Shown piece by piece: positions 35,041 to 43,371 of a stretch of 52,717 nucleotides of DNA (positions are counted from its first letter, which is position 1; each line of letters begins with the position of its first letter). The DNA is from a virus (Duplodnaviria; Caudoviricetes). Under the pieces are notes generated by a model, which saw only the letters and a program-made list of their open reading frames with translations, searched no databases and was not told where the DNA came from. A program made the translations under genes and the position numbers. The stretch is taken from positions 1-52,717 of the IMG/VR virus record IMGVR_UViG_3300035701_000046; one strand, written 5' to 3'.

Positions 35041-37355
35041 ATGCCATCTCCCGAGAGAGCTGGCAGAGGCGTCTTTGGTTCACGAACATCGGCAACTCGT
35101 CTCGGAAAGTCATCATCGACCTGGAAAATCGGTTCCTTGACCTCCACGCGGTCAAGGCAGAGGACTTCGTCTCGAACCTGGTGTCGGACTACGAGGCGCG
35201 GGGCAGAATCGATCCTGAAGCGATTTCCAGGGCACTCACCACGCACCTTGAGGGCCTATCCGTCTCCGGGTCCGATTTCCTTCAGAAAAGCCTAGAAAGT
35301 TTACATCATAATTCACTCATCGATGCCCTGAACCGGGCGGGATTCCGGCGCGAGGTCCGCCGGATGTCGAAGCAGGCCCAGACAGCGGGGGAACGCGATG
35401 AGCAGCTCCGGCGTTCGTTCGATATGGCCTTCCGCAGTGTCACGTCGCTGCCGGATGAAATCGTCGAGCGGATCCGGTCCAGGATTCTCAAGAATCTCGA
35501 AGAGGGCCGGGGTAGCACCGAGAAGGTACTCCGGGCGATTATCCAAGAGGAAATCGAGGGCCTCGGGGAGATGGACCCGGTCTCCCTGCGCAAGGCGATT
35601 CGGAAAATCTGGGACGAGACCAAACGAGACCTTCAGCGCGTAATCCGGTCCGAATCGATCAACGCCTACTCGCGGGTGCAACTCAAGGAATGGGCCGATC
35701 GCGGCATCAAGCGTGTCCGCCGGAAGAGCATCGACGATGATCGAACGTGTGCGATCTGCCGCGAGCTTTCTCGTCCGGGGACGAACATCTACGACATCGA
35801 GGCGCTCCTGCGTCTCGACTACCCTGTCAGTCAGGACCCCGACACCGGCGAGTGGATGACGCATCCGAACTGTTTCTTGCCAGGCACGTTAGTCAGAGGG
35901 GATTTTGTGGCTGGAAGCCGGGCCATCTATAATGGCCCTGCTCGGGAGATACGGACGGCGAGGGGTGAATGTCTTCGCGTCACGCCCAATCATCCGATAC
36001 TTACCAAGAAAGGATTCGTCCCCGCGAAGGATCTCGGGCCAGGCGATAATCTCGTTTGCTACAACGCTCCAGAGAACAGGCCCGCTTCCGTTGGCCTGAG
36101 TACAAACAATCAGCAAGAACCAACCCGAATCGAGGATGTATTCCATACGATCCGAGAGATGGCGAAGGCGGCCCATCGCCGCCTTGATATTACTGCCAAG
36201 GATTTCCACGGCGACGCGAGTTTCTTCGTGGGCGAAGTCGAGATTGTATCGCTCAATGGGGAGCTGAGAAACGAATCCCTTTCCTTTGAGCCAGTCACCG
36301 AGGAAGATTTCGTCTTGGGATCGGTTGCTCTGAAGTCGGAAGCGAGTGATCGCACGCTGCCGATAAACGTCGTCGGTGTGGCACCCAGCGATTTGACGTG
36401 CTCGAACTGTGGGCGTCATCTTCGACCACTTCAATCTCTCTGCATCGGACTGCCCACGGAGATCAACGCCTTGTTCCTGGAATCGGTGGGCCAGGGCAAA
36501 GCGTCCAATGCCCGTAATCTTCGAGAGGGTATTGAGAGATTCCCCGGCGTGGTAACGAGTGATCAGGTTGTCGAGATCCTGGATTTCAATTTTTCTGGTG
36601 ATGTTTATGACCTCCAATCTACGTCGGGTTACATTGTAGCACAGACTGTCGTTGCTGGAAATTGCCGCTGTTGGTTCGAACCCTTGATTGACGATGTCTG
36701 GTCGGAGCTTGAGGGGATGGAGGCGCAACTCCTCGCAGATATCACACGGGGTGAAGCTACTGCCCGAGATGTTCCGATCGATTCTCAGAGGACGGTGGAG
36801 AAGGCGCTTCGAGAACACAAGAAGGTTGAGATGGACGTGCGCTTCGTCCCGAGGATTGTTGACCTTCCCGAGTGGCAAGCTGTCCGGCGTGAAGAGTTGG
36901 CCAGCGATGTCGGATCGGAAAAGGCAAAGGTTCTCTTGCAGGGCGAGATTTTCGCAAACGAAGTCGTTGAGTGGACAGACTCCGATACGGGTACCCATTA
37001 TGTCGCTTCCCAGGCTCAAGAAATCGAGCACGTGAGTACGCCGATCGCGCGTGCCGCAGCCGAGAAGCTGTGGGATGGCGGGGTCGTGCCTCATGCTTGG
37101 GTCGCGACTCGATACCGCGAGAAAAAGGCATCTCTCAACGCGACTCTCGAAGTCGAGGGCTACAAAATCTACGGTGGGCAGCCTTTCCCGAACGAAATCG
37201 CTGCGCAGAGTGTCCGCGACTATTTCGTTGAAAGTTATAGTCTTTACGTCGTCCAACCTTATATCCTGGAGACCGCCGACCCCGAGATGTACGAATGGCT
37301 CCGCGTTGAGGTCTTTGGCGGGCGGGAGTTCATGCAAAGGGGTGGGATAAAGTAG
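35010..37355 (+). CDS. MuF/minor head protein with intein and degenerate zincin-like C-terminus; 5' end unresolved (first start codon 35181)
   Basis: 'RVIRSESINAY', 'DDDRTCAIC', 'HPN|intein|CRC'; frame looks protein-like from ~35010. Confidence 0.85.
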   Translation, partial: GAARQTAQDLDAISRESWQRRLWFTNIGNSSRKVIIDLENRFLDLHAVKAEDFVSNLVSDYEARGRIDPEAISRALTTHLEGLSVSGSDFLQKSLESLHHNSLIDALNRAGFRREVRRMSKQAQTAGERDEQLRRSFDMAFRSVTSLPDEIVERIRSRILKNLEEGRGSTEKVLRAIIQEEIEGLGEMDPVSLRKAIRKIWDETKRDLQRVIRSESINAYSRVQLKEWADRGIKRVRRKSIDDDRTCAICRELSRPGTNIYDIEALLRLDYPVSQDPDTGEWMTHPNCFLPGTLVRGDFVAGSRAIYNGPAREIRTARGECLRVTPNHPILTKKGFVPAKDLGPGDNLVCYNAPENRPASVGLSTNNQQEPTRIEDVFHTIREMAKAAHRRLDITAKDFHGDASFFVGEVEIVSLNGELRNESLSFEPVTEEDFVLGSVALKSEASDRTLPINVVGVAPSDLTCSNCGRHLRPLQSLCIGLPTEINALFLESVGQGKASNARNLREGIERFPGVVTSDQVVEILDFNFSGDVYDLQSTSGYIVAQTVVAGNCRCWFEPLIDDVWSELEGMEAQLLADITRGEATARDVPIDSQRTVEKALREHKKVEMDVRFVPRIVDLPEWQAVRREELASDVGSEKAKVLLQGEIFANEVVEWTDSDTGTHYVASQAQEIEHVSTPIARAAAEKLWDGGVVPHAWVATRYREKKASLNATLEVEGYKIYGGQPFPNEIAAQSVRDYFVESYSLYVVQPYILETADPEMYEWLRVEVFGGREFMQRGGIK
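35889..36602 (-). CDS. antisense HTH + Vsr/DUF559-like endonuclease nested in the intein (237 aa, ATC at expected start)
   Basis: HTH 'RYHAGESLNTLSKITGIGRFALAHRFQEQGVDLR'; 'SQDEIFLGDWL..SQLPIERYNLDFA..RVAVEILG..YILDSGWFLLIV'; GGAGG SD at 36615-36611. Confidence 0.8.
   Translation of the reverse strand: MTRKIEIQDLDNLITRYHAGESLNTLSKITGIGRFALAHRFQEQGVDLRGQSDAERLKWSKMTPTVRARQIAGCHTDDVYRQRAITRFRLQSNRSQDEIFLGDWLKGKGFVSQLPIERYNLDFAHEETRVAVEILGSNIKAAMGRLRHLSDRMEYILDSGWFLLIVCTQANGSGPVLWSVVANEIIAWPEILRGDESFLGKYRMIGRDAKTFTPRRPYLPSRAIIDGPASSHKIPSD
36633..36643 (-). promoter_or_regulatory. extended -10 promoter candidate for the antisense nuclease
   Basis: TGTGCTACAAT on the minus strand, ~17 nt upstream of the SD. 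Confidence 0.55.
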
Positions 37356-37374
37356 TCGGGAACTATAATAAATC

Positions 37375-37403
37375 TTGACAAATCCAGAGCAGTGTGGGAA
37401 AAT
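37375..37403 (+). promoter_or_regulatory. sigma70-like promoter
   Basis: TTGACA-N17-GAAAAT with TGTGG before -10. Confidence 0.65.
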
Positions 37404-37445
37404 CGTTCTCGTGTCGTATACCAGAGGCGGTAACGTAAGAGGCCA

Positions 37446-37697
37446 ATGATGGCGAAAGTCTCGAAGACGAATAGTCGGCTCCGTCGTGAACTTCAGCCTG
37501 TCTGCCGTGAGCTTGTTCGCGAGTGGGAACAGCAGGGATGGACGATTCGGGAGCTTTCGCGGGCCGCTGGAGTTAGCCACGTAACCCTTCACAACATCAA
37601 GCGAGGCGGGTTACCAACGCTGATTATACTGAGGCGTATCGCAATCGCCCTGGAAATCCACCCGAGCGTGTTCTTTCGAGAGGTGGAAACGAGATGA
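37446..37697 (+). CDS. XRE/Cro-like HTH regulator
   Basis: 'GWTIRELSRAAGVSHVTLHNIKRG..PTLIILRRIAIALE'. Confidence 0.9.
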   Translation: MMAKVSKTNSRLRRELQPVCRELVREWEQQGWTIRELSRAAGVSHVTLHNIKRGGLPTLIILRRIAIALEIHPSVFFREVETR

Positions 37698-38338
37698 CTC
37701 GCGGCTTGATGAACGCCATCCTGCTCTGCTCATTGAGTCTCGCCTTTCCGCAGAAGGTTTCTGGAGGCGAAAAGCACAAGCCTATCTATGTCGATCCTGC
37801 GGGATGGAGTATTACCCGCGCGAAGCGGGCGGATACCTACGTCGAGCCATACGTTAATGCGAAGATGGATGGTGGCCTGATCTGGAAGCTGTTCGATTCC
37901 GTTGACGGATTCGCAGTGATGGAGTACCTCTACTCGCATGACCCTTCACAGTACGTTCTCTTCGCCATCTCAATACCTGACGATATCGTCCTCGATTGGC
38001 AGGAGAATGCTGTGATCGAGATCGACGCTATTTGTAACGGGGACACCACGACCTTTCTTTCTACGCAATTCATCTTCGCGAATTCTAAGACTATTCTCGG
38101 CCCGACCGGGACGCTGAATCTCCCTGGCGATAAGGTCTGGCTGAGCCGGAAGCTCTATCCGAATGACGATGGGGAAGAAAAGCTAACGCAATTTGTGGGG
38201 AACAATCATGGCTACCTTGCCACCGAGAGTGGGGAAGTGATGATGTTTACCCGTTTCGAGTTTGGGAAATCTTACCCGAAGCGGATCGCGTCGTGCCGCG
38301 TGAGCGGCATTACCCCTATCAAAAGGAGGGTAGAATGA
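37694..38338 (+). CDS. putative exported protein
   Basis: N-terminal signal-like segment; ATGA coupling. Confidence 0.7.
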   Translation: MTRGLMNAILLCSLSLAFPQKVSGGEKHKPIYVDPAGWSITRAKRADTYVEPYVNAKMDGGLIWKLFDSVDGFAVMEYLYSHDPSQYVLFAISIPDDIVLDWQENAVIEIDAICNGDTTTFLSTQFIFANSKTILGPTGTLNLPGDKVWLSRKLYPNDDGEEKLTQFVGNNHGYLATESGEVMMFTRFEFGKSYPKRIASCRVSGITPIKRRVE

Positions 38339-38541
38339 GAAAATCCATTCTACTCGTCGTCCTGCTCGCCCTCGCGCTGTCTGTGACCGCGACGATCGCT
38401 GCGGGACCGACCGATGGCCCGAACTGCCGCGCGTGGCTCGCCAGTGGCGGATACGCTGTATGGGCGGCTCCTGGCTGCATGATGGAAATTTTCTTTTACT
38501 ACAGCGGATGGCCCGGAGACGGCGACGATCTCGGCGGATAG
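38335..38541 (+). CDS. small secreted peptide
   Basis: AAGGAGG SD; MRKSILLVVLLALALSVTATIAA signal then ~45 aa with two Cys. Confidence 0.75.
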   Translation: MRKSILLVVLLALALSVTATIAAGPTDGPNCRAWLASGGYAVWAAPGCMMEIFFYYSGWPGDGDDLGG

Positions 38542-38639
38542 ACGAGCAAATCGGCCCGATTGCGTGGGCAGAGGGCGTTGAGAAGGTCCCTCCTTATCAA
38601 CCCCCTGTAACGCGACACCCCTCTGCCCACATATTTATC

Positions 38640-38828
38640 ATGGCTGTAGTCTTGACGATCCTGTTCGCTTTTCTCTTGCTCCATCCGGTAGAGAATTGCG
38701 GGAATCAACGGGGGTGGCCAGATCACAAGAAAATGTGGGTGTGGATGAATTTGGTTTTTCTTCTCCTGGTGGTACCCAAATTCGTCTGCTTGCTGCTCGT
38801 ATCTCTGAAGTGGTGGGTCCCAAGATGA
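38640..38828 (+). CDS. small two-TM membrane protein (start uncertain)
   Basis: two hydrophobic stretches. Confidence 0.5.
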   Translation: MAVVLTILFAFLLLHPVENCGNQRGWPDHKKMWVWMNLVFLLLVVPKFVCLLLVSLKWWVPR

Positions 38829-39142
38829 ACGACGGGATGAACACGCAAGATGGATTCAGAATTGTCCACCTGATCGGTGGGCCGAGTAACGGGGAAGAAT
38901 ACGCGATCCCGGAGGATGTCATCGTCTTCGAAGTCCTTGAAGGGCAGCCGTCACCTGACCAGATTCAGGCGATGATGCGAGGGACTCCCGTTGAGTGGCG
39001 TCATAAAAACTCTCATTATGAAATCGTGCCTTCTCCGTTCTCCGGGGGGAAGTGTGTCGGTCTGTATACGGAGAGCGCAGAGGAGAAATTAGCCAAGCAA
39101 ATCGTGGAAGACGGGGCCGCTGGTAGCCGCGATGACTTGTGA
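38825..39142 (+). CDS. hypothetical GGP-motif protein
   Basis: 'HLIGGPSNGE'; ATGA coupling. Confidence 0.65.
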   Translation: MNDGMNTQDGFRIVHLIGGPSNGEEYAIPEDVIVFEVLEGQPSPDQIQAMMRGTPVEWRHKNSHYEIVPSPFSGGKCVGLYTESAEEKLAKQIVEDGAAGSRDDL

Positions 39143-39606
39143 GAGCAGAAGACACTCGATTGGTCATCTGGTGGCCCCGTTACTGCCCCGAGTATACCAT
39201 GACTTTCTACCTGATCGAAAACATAGATGACAAGGTTCTGGTCGGCGTCCTGATTGAGTCGAAAGAGGGCGTCGTCCATGCCCGGTTGGCCGGTGATGAG
39301 GGCACTGATGATTCCGCGAGGATTCTCCCGTCGTTGCTGAGACGGATGCCCAAGCATGGGTTTCCGGTCGAGAAAAAGAGGGGAACGGGTCGGGTCATTA
39401 GCTTCGTGAGGCCCGGCCAAACCGGGTTCGTCAATGCCTGGCTGTCGTTGCTGCGGCCCCCGCTTCGGCTGCAAGCATGGGGGACGGCTGGCACTACACC
39501 TCGGGGAGAGTCTTTGGGCGCACCTGATGCAATCACTGCGGATATCTGGCGTGCCTTCGGGAAAGGTAGCGAAATGCCCGAGCACAAACTGTTGCCCTTG
39601 TCGTGA
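39139..39606 (+). CDS. hypothetical protein
   Basis: coupled ORF. Confidence 0.55.
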   Translation: MRAEDTRLVIWWPRYCPEYTMTFYLIENIDDKVLVGVLIESKEGVVHARLAGDEGTDDSARILPSLLRRMPKHGFPVEKKRGTGRVISFVRPGQTGFVNAWLSLLRPPLRLQAWGTAGTTPRGESLGAPDAITADIWRAFGKGSEMPEHKLLPLS

Positions 39607-39617
39607 AAGGTGTATTC

Positions 39618-39902
39618 ATGGAAAAAAGAGAGGCTCGAACTGTGGACGAGGCGGTTGCACAGGAAAAGCTCGCTCAGGAGAAACGCGATCAAGAGATTTC
39701 CGATGTTTCCGATGAGATTTTTGAACACAGAGTAAGGAATCCTGATGGGCATCTTGACTATTACCGTGCGGAGATTCTTTGGGAATTGCGGGAGATACGT
39801 CATCTCCTGGTCGGAATGATTCGCGTGACTCGGGGGATTTTGGACGTTGCCGAGGACGTGGATCCGGGAAGCGAATTCACTGACGACGAACTGGGGATAT
39901 AG
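39618..39902 (+). CDS. hypothetical protein
   Basis: AAGGTG SD. Confidence 0.6.
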   Translation: MEKREARTVDEAVAQEKLAQEKRDQEISDVSDEIFEHRVRNPDGHLDYYRAEILWELREIRHLLVGMIRVTRGILDVAEDVDPGSEFTDDELGI

Positions 39903-40619
39903 ATGGAAGAACTCCCGAGTGGAGTGTTGATTGTTGGGCATCGCTACGCACGACTCGACGTTGTTCATGGCGTTCTCAAGGCGATCGGGTTGGAGGTTGG
40001 GCTGGGCCATCTCTTGATTGATGGAGGAGTCGGGTCGGATTACGCGATTGAGAGCAGTGAGACCAGGTCTCACGAGGAACACGGGAAGCCAATCGAGTTG
40101 TTCAAGTTCGTTGGGCATGCCGTCTCAGACCCACTTGCCGCACTCAATAGCATGTCCTTTAGTCCCTTGCCCGTTGATTCGCTTCAACGCAGAGCCAATC
40201 AATCTGAAATCATCCGTGAATATGCTGATGTGGTCTGCGACTCTGCCGAGATTTCCGCGATGGTATCCTGGTACGGATGGAACAAGAAGTGCGAAGCACG
40301 TCTGGCCCAGGTCGCGAAAAAGGGGATTCTTATCCGCCGGTTCCAGGTGGAGGAGCTGCTGTGGGCGCAAGAGGTCGCGCTCGTTCTCGGCCTTCCTTGG
40401 GATGCCCGAGTGCGGACCCGAGTGTTTCACGGCTTCAACGAGACGATGAAGAACGAGTCCCCCATTACGCGCGATCACGATTGGGAATATTTCTACAACT
40501 GTGCGAGGGAACTTGGTCAGGTCCGCATCTTCAGAAATGTCGTCGAGATGGCGCAGAATTACGGTTACACGGATTGCCCGATTTCGTTGGATCAGATCGC
40601 GAACCCGGACAAGGGATGA
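39903..40619 (+). CDS. hypothetical protein, weak SLOG/YspA-like N-terminus
   Basis: 'LIVGHRY', 'LIDGGVGSD'; resemblance only. Confidence 0.55.
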   Translation: MEELPSGVLIVGHRYARLDVVHGVLKAIGLEVGLGHLLIDGGVGSDYAIESSETRSHEEHGKPIELFKFVGHAVSDPLAALNSMSFSPLPVDSLQRRANQSEIIREYADVVCDSAEISAMVSWYGWNKKCEARLAQVAKKGILIRRFQVEELLWAQEVALVLGLPWDARVRTRVFHGFNETMKNESPITRDHDWEYFYNCARELGQVRIFRNVVEMAQNYGYTDCPISLDQIANPDKG

Positions 40620-40951
40620 AGACATCGAATCCGATCCTTTTTTACGCGGAGTATGGCGATATGCGAAAGATCGTCGCTAATCGCCTCGGGAATTATCGAG
40701 ATGACCCAGAACATCGCAAGCAGTATGAAAAGTGGGAAGACAGGATCCGGTTCGAAAGGCCCACTGTCTATCGCCACATGCTCCTCTTGTGGATCATGAA
40801 ACCGGGCGAATTCCCGACTCCGGTTTTTTCCCGTCATGTGGGTCTCGCGACCAAGGCTAAGATCGAAAAAATGCGGATGAGGGAAGAGCAACTGACCAGA
40901 TATCTTGGCTATAACTCTGCCCCTCTCCTGCGAGGACCCCGATGGAGATAG
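40616..40951 (+). CDS. hypothetical protein
   Basis: ATGA coupling. Confidence 0.55.
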   Translation: MKTSNPILFYAEYGDMRKIVANRLGNYRDDPEHRKQYEKWEDRIRFERPTVYRHMLLLWIMKPGEFPTPVFSRHVGLATKAKIEKMRMREEQLTRYLGYNSAPLLRGPRWR

Positions 40952-41280
40952 AGATGCCGATGGATTCTGTGATCATCTTCTACGCGACGTTCAAGGATGT
41001 CGCTGATCTCCTGCTGAAAACGTTTGTGGAGGATGGGCCGGATGAGAAGACCGCATGTGCTCGCCACCTGTCGTGGAAGGCTCTCGTGTATCGCGCCGGG
41101 GGGAAATCGGTCGCGATGCTCTCCGCGCCTTCCAGGGGAAAGATCCCGTGGTATCTGAGACCAGGAAGACTCCCTATGCCCTGCTCGTTTATCCCGGAGT
41201 CGATTCCGGTCATAACTTCGACTCAGAGCCGCGAATCTTTTGCTGGAGGTTTCCCGATACAGTGGGTACGGCACGGGTAG
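40942..41280 (+). CDS. hypothetical protein
   Basis: GAGG SD. Confidence 0.55.
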   Translation: MEIEMPMDSVIIFYATFKDVADLLLKTFVEDGPDEKTACARHLSWKALVYRAGGKSVAMLSAPSRGKIPWYLRPGRLPMPCSFIPESIPVITSTQSRESFAGGFPIQWVRHG

Positions 41281-41344
41281 CCCCCCCGGCTCCCCGAAGT
41301 GAGCTTGAGCTTCTCCCCCGATTGGACTCGGGTGCGTTTAGAAA

Positions 41345-41647
41345 ATGGATACCGTGGATACCCACCAGAGGAAATTGACGGACCCGGATAACCCCCTCCG
41401 AATGAAACTGGTCGGGGGGCCATGTAGCGGGTGGATGATCTCTCTCGTGACTGATGTCAGCCGGGGGGAAACGATCTTCGTCCGATCGTCCACCGCGTGT
41501 TCGGAATACCGTGTTTCCCCGCTTGCCTCGTGCAGCGAGAGTGAAGTCGTGCGTGTTGCGGTGTGGGTTCGCGACCTCGAACCCGGCGAACTAGAGATGC
41601 TCGTGCAGGAACAGAGGGCGGAAGATGCGGGGCAGAGGATCGAATAA
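41345..41647 (+). CDS. hypothetical GGP-motif protein
   Basis: 'KLVGGPCSG'. Confidence 0.5.
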   Translation: MDTVDTHQRKLTDPDNPLRMKLVGGPCSGWMISLVTDVSRGETIFVRSSTACSEYRVSPLASCSESEVVRVAVWVRDLEPGELEMLVQEQRAEDAGQRIE

Positions 41648-42113
41648 TGGGGTTTCAAGATGTCCTGGATATAGCGCGCGCCAACCGTGCCGCGACGACG
41701 ATCCCGAGCCGTGCATTCTCGGAACGGTGTCGCATTACGATGGCGTTCTGTTATACCTGTGAAGAGATGCTCTTCTATGCCGAGGATGTTGGCTGGCATC
41801 ATCGTCGTCATCCTGATCACGAGATACGAAACACCTTCAACGGGGCCTTGATCCTTCGGTAGTTATGCTCGATAAAGGAATCAGAATTGTCGTCTCCAGG
41901 GACGGGGGTCACAATACGCGGATCACCGATATCGCGACCGGAGAAGAGATCAAATGGGTCCATTCTTATGAACTCAAAGAAAATGCTGGGGGGATATCCT
42001 GCCAAGTTAGTCCTTGTCTTTGTCCCACCGCAGATAATTGCTGAAGTACCACCGGATGTCGTGCGGACAATTATCGCGGGAGTACAGTCACCGACACCAG
42101 AGGAGGATCAGTC

Positions 42114-42272
42114 ATGATGTTCGGAGCAATCAGTGCGAGCGGAGGTTTCGTGTACGGCGCGATTTTCGGGGCCGTCTTGGGCTTCATCGGGACGTATTTC
42201 TGGATGAAGACCAAGGTGGAAGCTGCCGCCGATAAGTCTGCTGCGGCGAAATCGACCAAGGGTACGAAGTAG
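42114..42272 (+). CDS. small single-TM protein (below ORF-track cutoff)
   Basis: GAGGAGG SD; MMFGAISASGGFVYGAIFGAVLGFIGTYFW + basic tail. Confidence 0.65.
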   Translation: MMFGAISASGGFVYGAIFGAVLGFIGTYFWMKTKVEAAADKSAAAKSTKGTK

Positions 42273-42281
42273 CAAGGAATC

Positions 42282-42356
42282 GCCCGCGCCGGGCCAAGCC
42301 TCAGCCCCCTGACGCATGTACCCAAAGGGCTGTCCTATCCGGCGCGGGCTACTTTT
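42282..42356 (+). terminator. long hairpin followed by T-tract (terminator or small RNA)
   Basis: GCCCGCGCCGG/CCGGCGCGGGC 11 bp, inner CAGCCC/GGGCTG, then TACTTTT. Confidence 0.5.
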
Positions 42357-42360
42357 CGGC

Positions 42361-42927
42361 ATGGAGTCCCTGTTCAATTACCTGTTGGTCTTTTGCCTGT
42401 TTGGGATTGCAGTCGGCTTTTCCGTGCTCACGATATGGGAGCGCCACAAACGGTTCAGGCTGAACGATATCGATATACCGAATGTGGAGAAATGGACGCA
42501 TTACACCACGACGCAGTCCGAGGGCGCGATCGGGATGCCGAATCCCGATGAGTTGACCGGGATCCGGCAAGGGGAATTCGATTGGGCTTTACCTTTGAAC
42601 TCACCCCGCATAACGATCAGCACCGAAGAGATTATCGAAGCGCAGTCTCTAAGGCACCAACTAAGGGGAGAGATGGCGCAGGTTAGGGACCGTATAGGGA
42701 TGATGCAGGAACGAATCCGGCTGTTGACGGATTCCCCGCCCCCGCCCCTCTCTTTTCCCTCATTCAAAACGAGAACGGTTCTCTGCTTTGGCTCGACGTG
42801 CCCTCGCTGCGGATCGATTGCATGGATGCAGGGGCTTGAGCAAGGCCAGTCCGGGACGGTATGCACCCCCTGGACATGCCTTTCTTGTGGTGGCTTCTAT
42901 CCTGAGCCGGGGAAACGTGTTCAGTAA
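42361..42927 (+). CDS. membrane-anchored protein with C-terminal Zn ribbon
   Basis: N-terminal TM, CPRC..CLSC. Confidence 0.6.
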   Translation: MESLFNYLLVFCLFGIAVGFSVLTIWERHKRFRLNDIDIPNVEKWTHYTTTQSEGAIGMPNPDELTGIRQGEFDWALPLNSPRITISTEEIIEAQSLRHQLRGEMAQVRDRIGMMQERIRLLTDSPPPPLSFPSFKTRTVLCFGSTCPRCGSIAWMQGLEQGQSGTVCTPWTCLSCGGFYPEPGKRVQ

Positions 42928-43351
42928 CCTTCCGTGGGATGCGTTTCCCGCGCGGTACCTTACGCAAGAGGTCGATGCTTTTCTGACAACGTTGCCACAT
43001 CCTGCGGTGACGATCATCGCTCACGGTCGGAGATGCCCTTCCTGCTCGGGAGAAATCTGGATTGGCGATGAATACTGCAAGCCTCGGAATTATCAGGTTT
43101 GGCGGATGAAATGGGTATGCGCTTACTGTCAGAATCCCCATCCCGATTATCAGATTGAAGCCTGGTCACAGAATCACGATCAGTGCGTGATTGCTGCGAT
43201 CAGCACCAAAGGAAAGGTCATTGGAGAGATCTCTGGCTCGTTTCTCAACGACTTCATCCACTATTGGGCCGCGCGAAGCCAGGCGCTTCGCTCGTATCCT
43301 TTCCCGACAAGATCCTCTACAGCGAATACGTCCTACTTCACTTTGGAGTAA
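42917..43351 (+). CDS. Zn-ribbon protein
   Basis: CPSC..CAYC. Confidence 0.55.
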   Translation: MFSNLPWDAFPARYLTQEVDAFLTTLPHPAVTIIAHGRRCPSCSGEIWIGDEYCKPRNYQVWRMKWVCAYCQNPHPDYQIEAWSQNHDQCVIAAISTKGKVIGEISGSFLNDFIHYWAARSQALRSYPFPTRSSTANTSYFTLE

Positions 43352-43371
43352 AACAATAGGAGGTGGTTGCG

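Larger units (their letters stand above)
35871..36662 (+). mobile_element. intein (264 aa) in MuF
   Basis: block A CFLPGTLV, block B RVTPNHPIL, block F SGDVYDLQS, block G VVAGN/C; removal restores the MuF HPNCRC motif. Confidence 0.95.

Noticed and set aside
36603-37592. N-terminal 330 aa of the 567-aa antisense ORF
   Set aside because: Shadow of MuF codons with no motifs; the SD, promoter candidate and protein-like sequence begin at ~36602
38335-38541. RiPP/lasso precursor
   Set aside because: Sec-type signal and no maturation enzymes nearby
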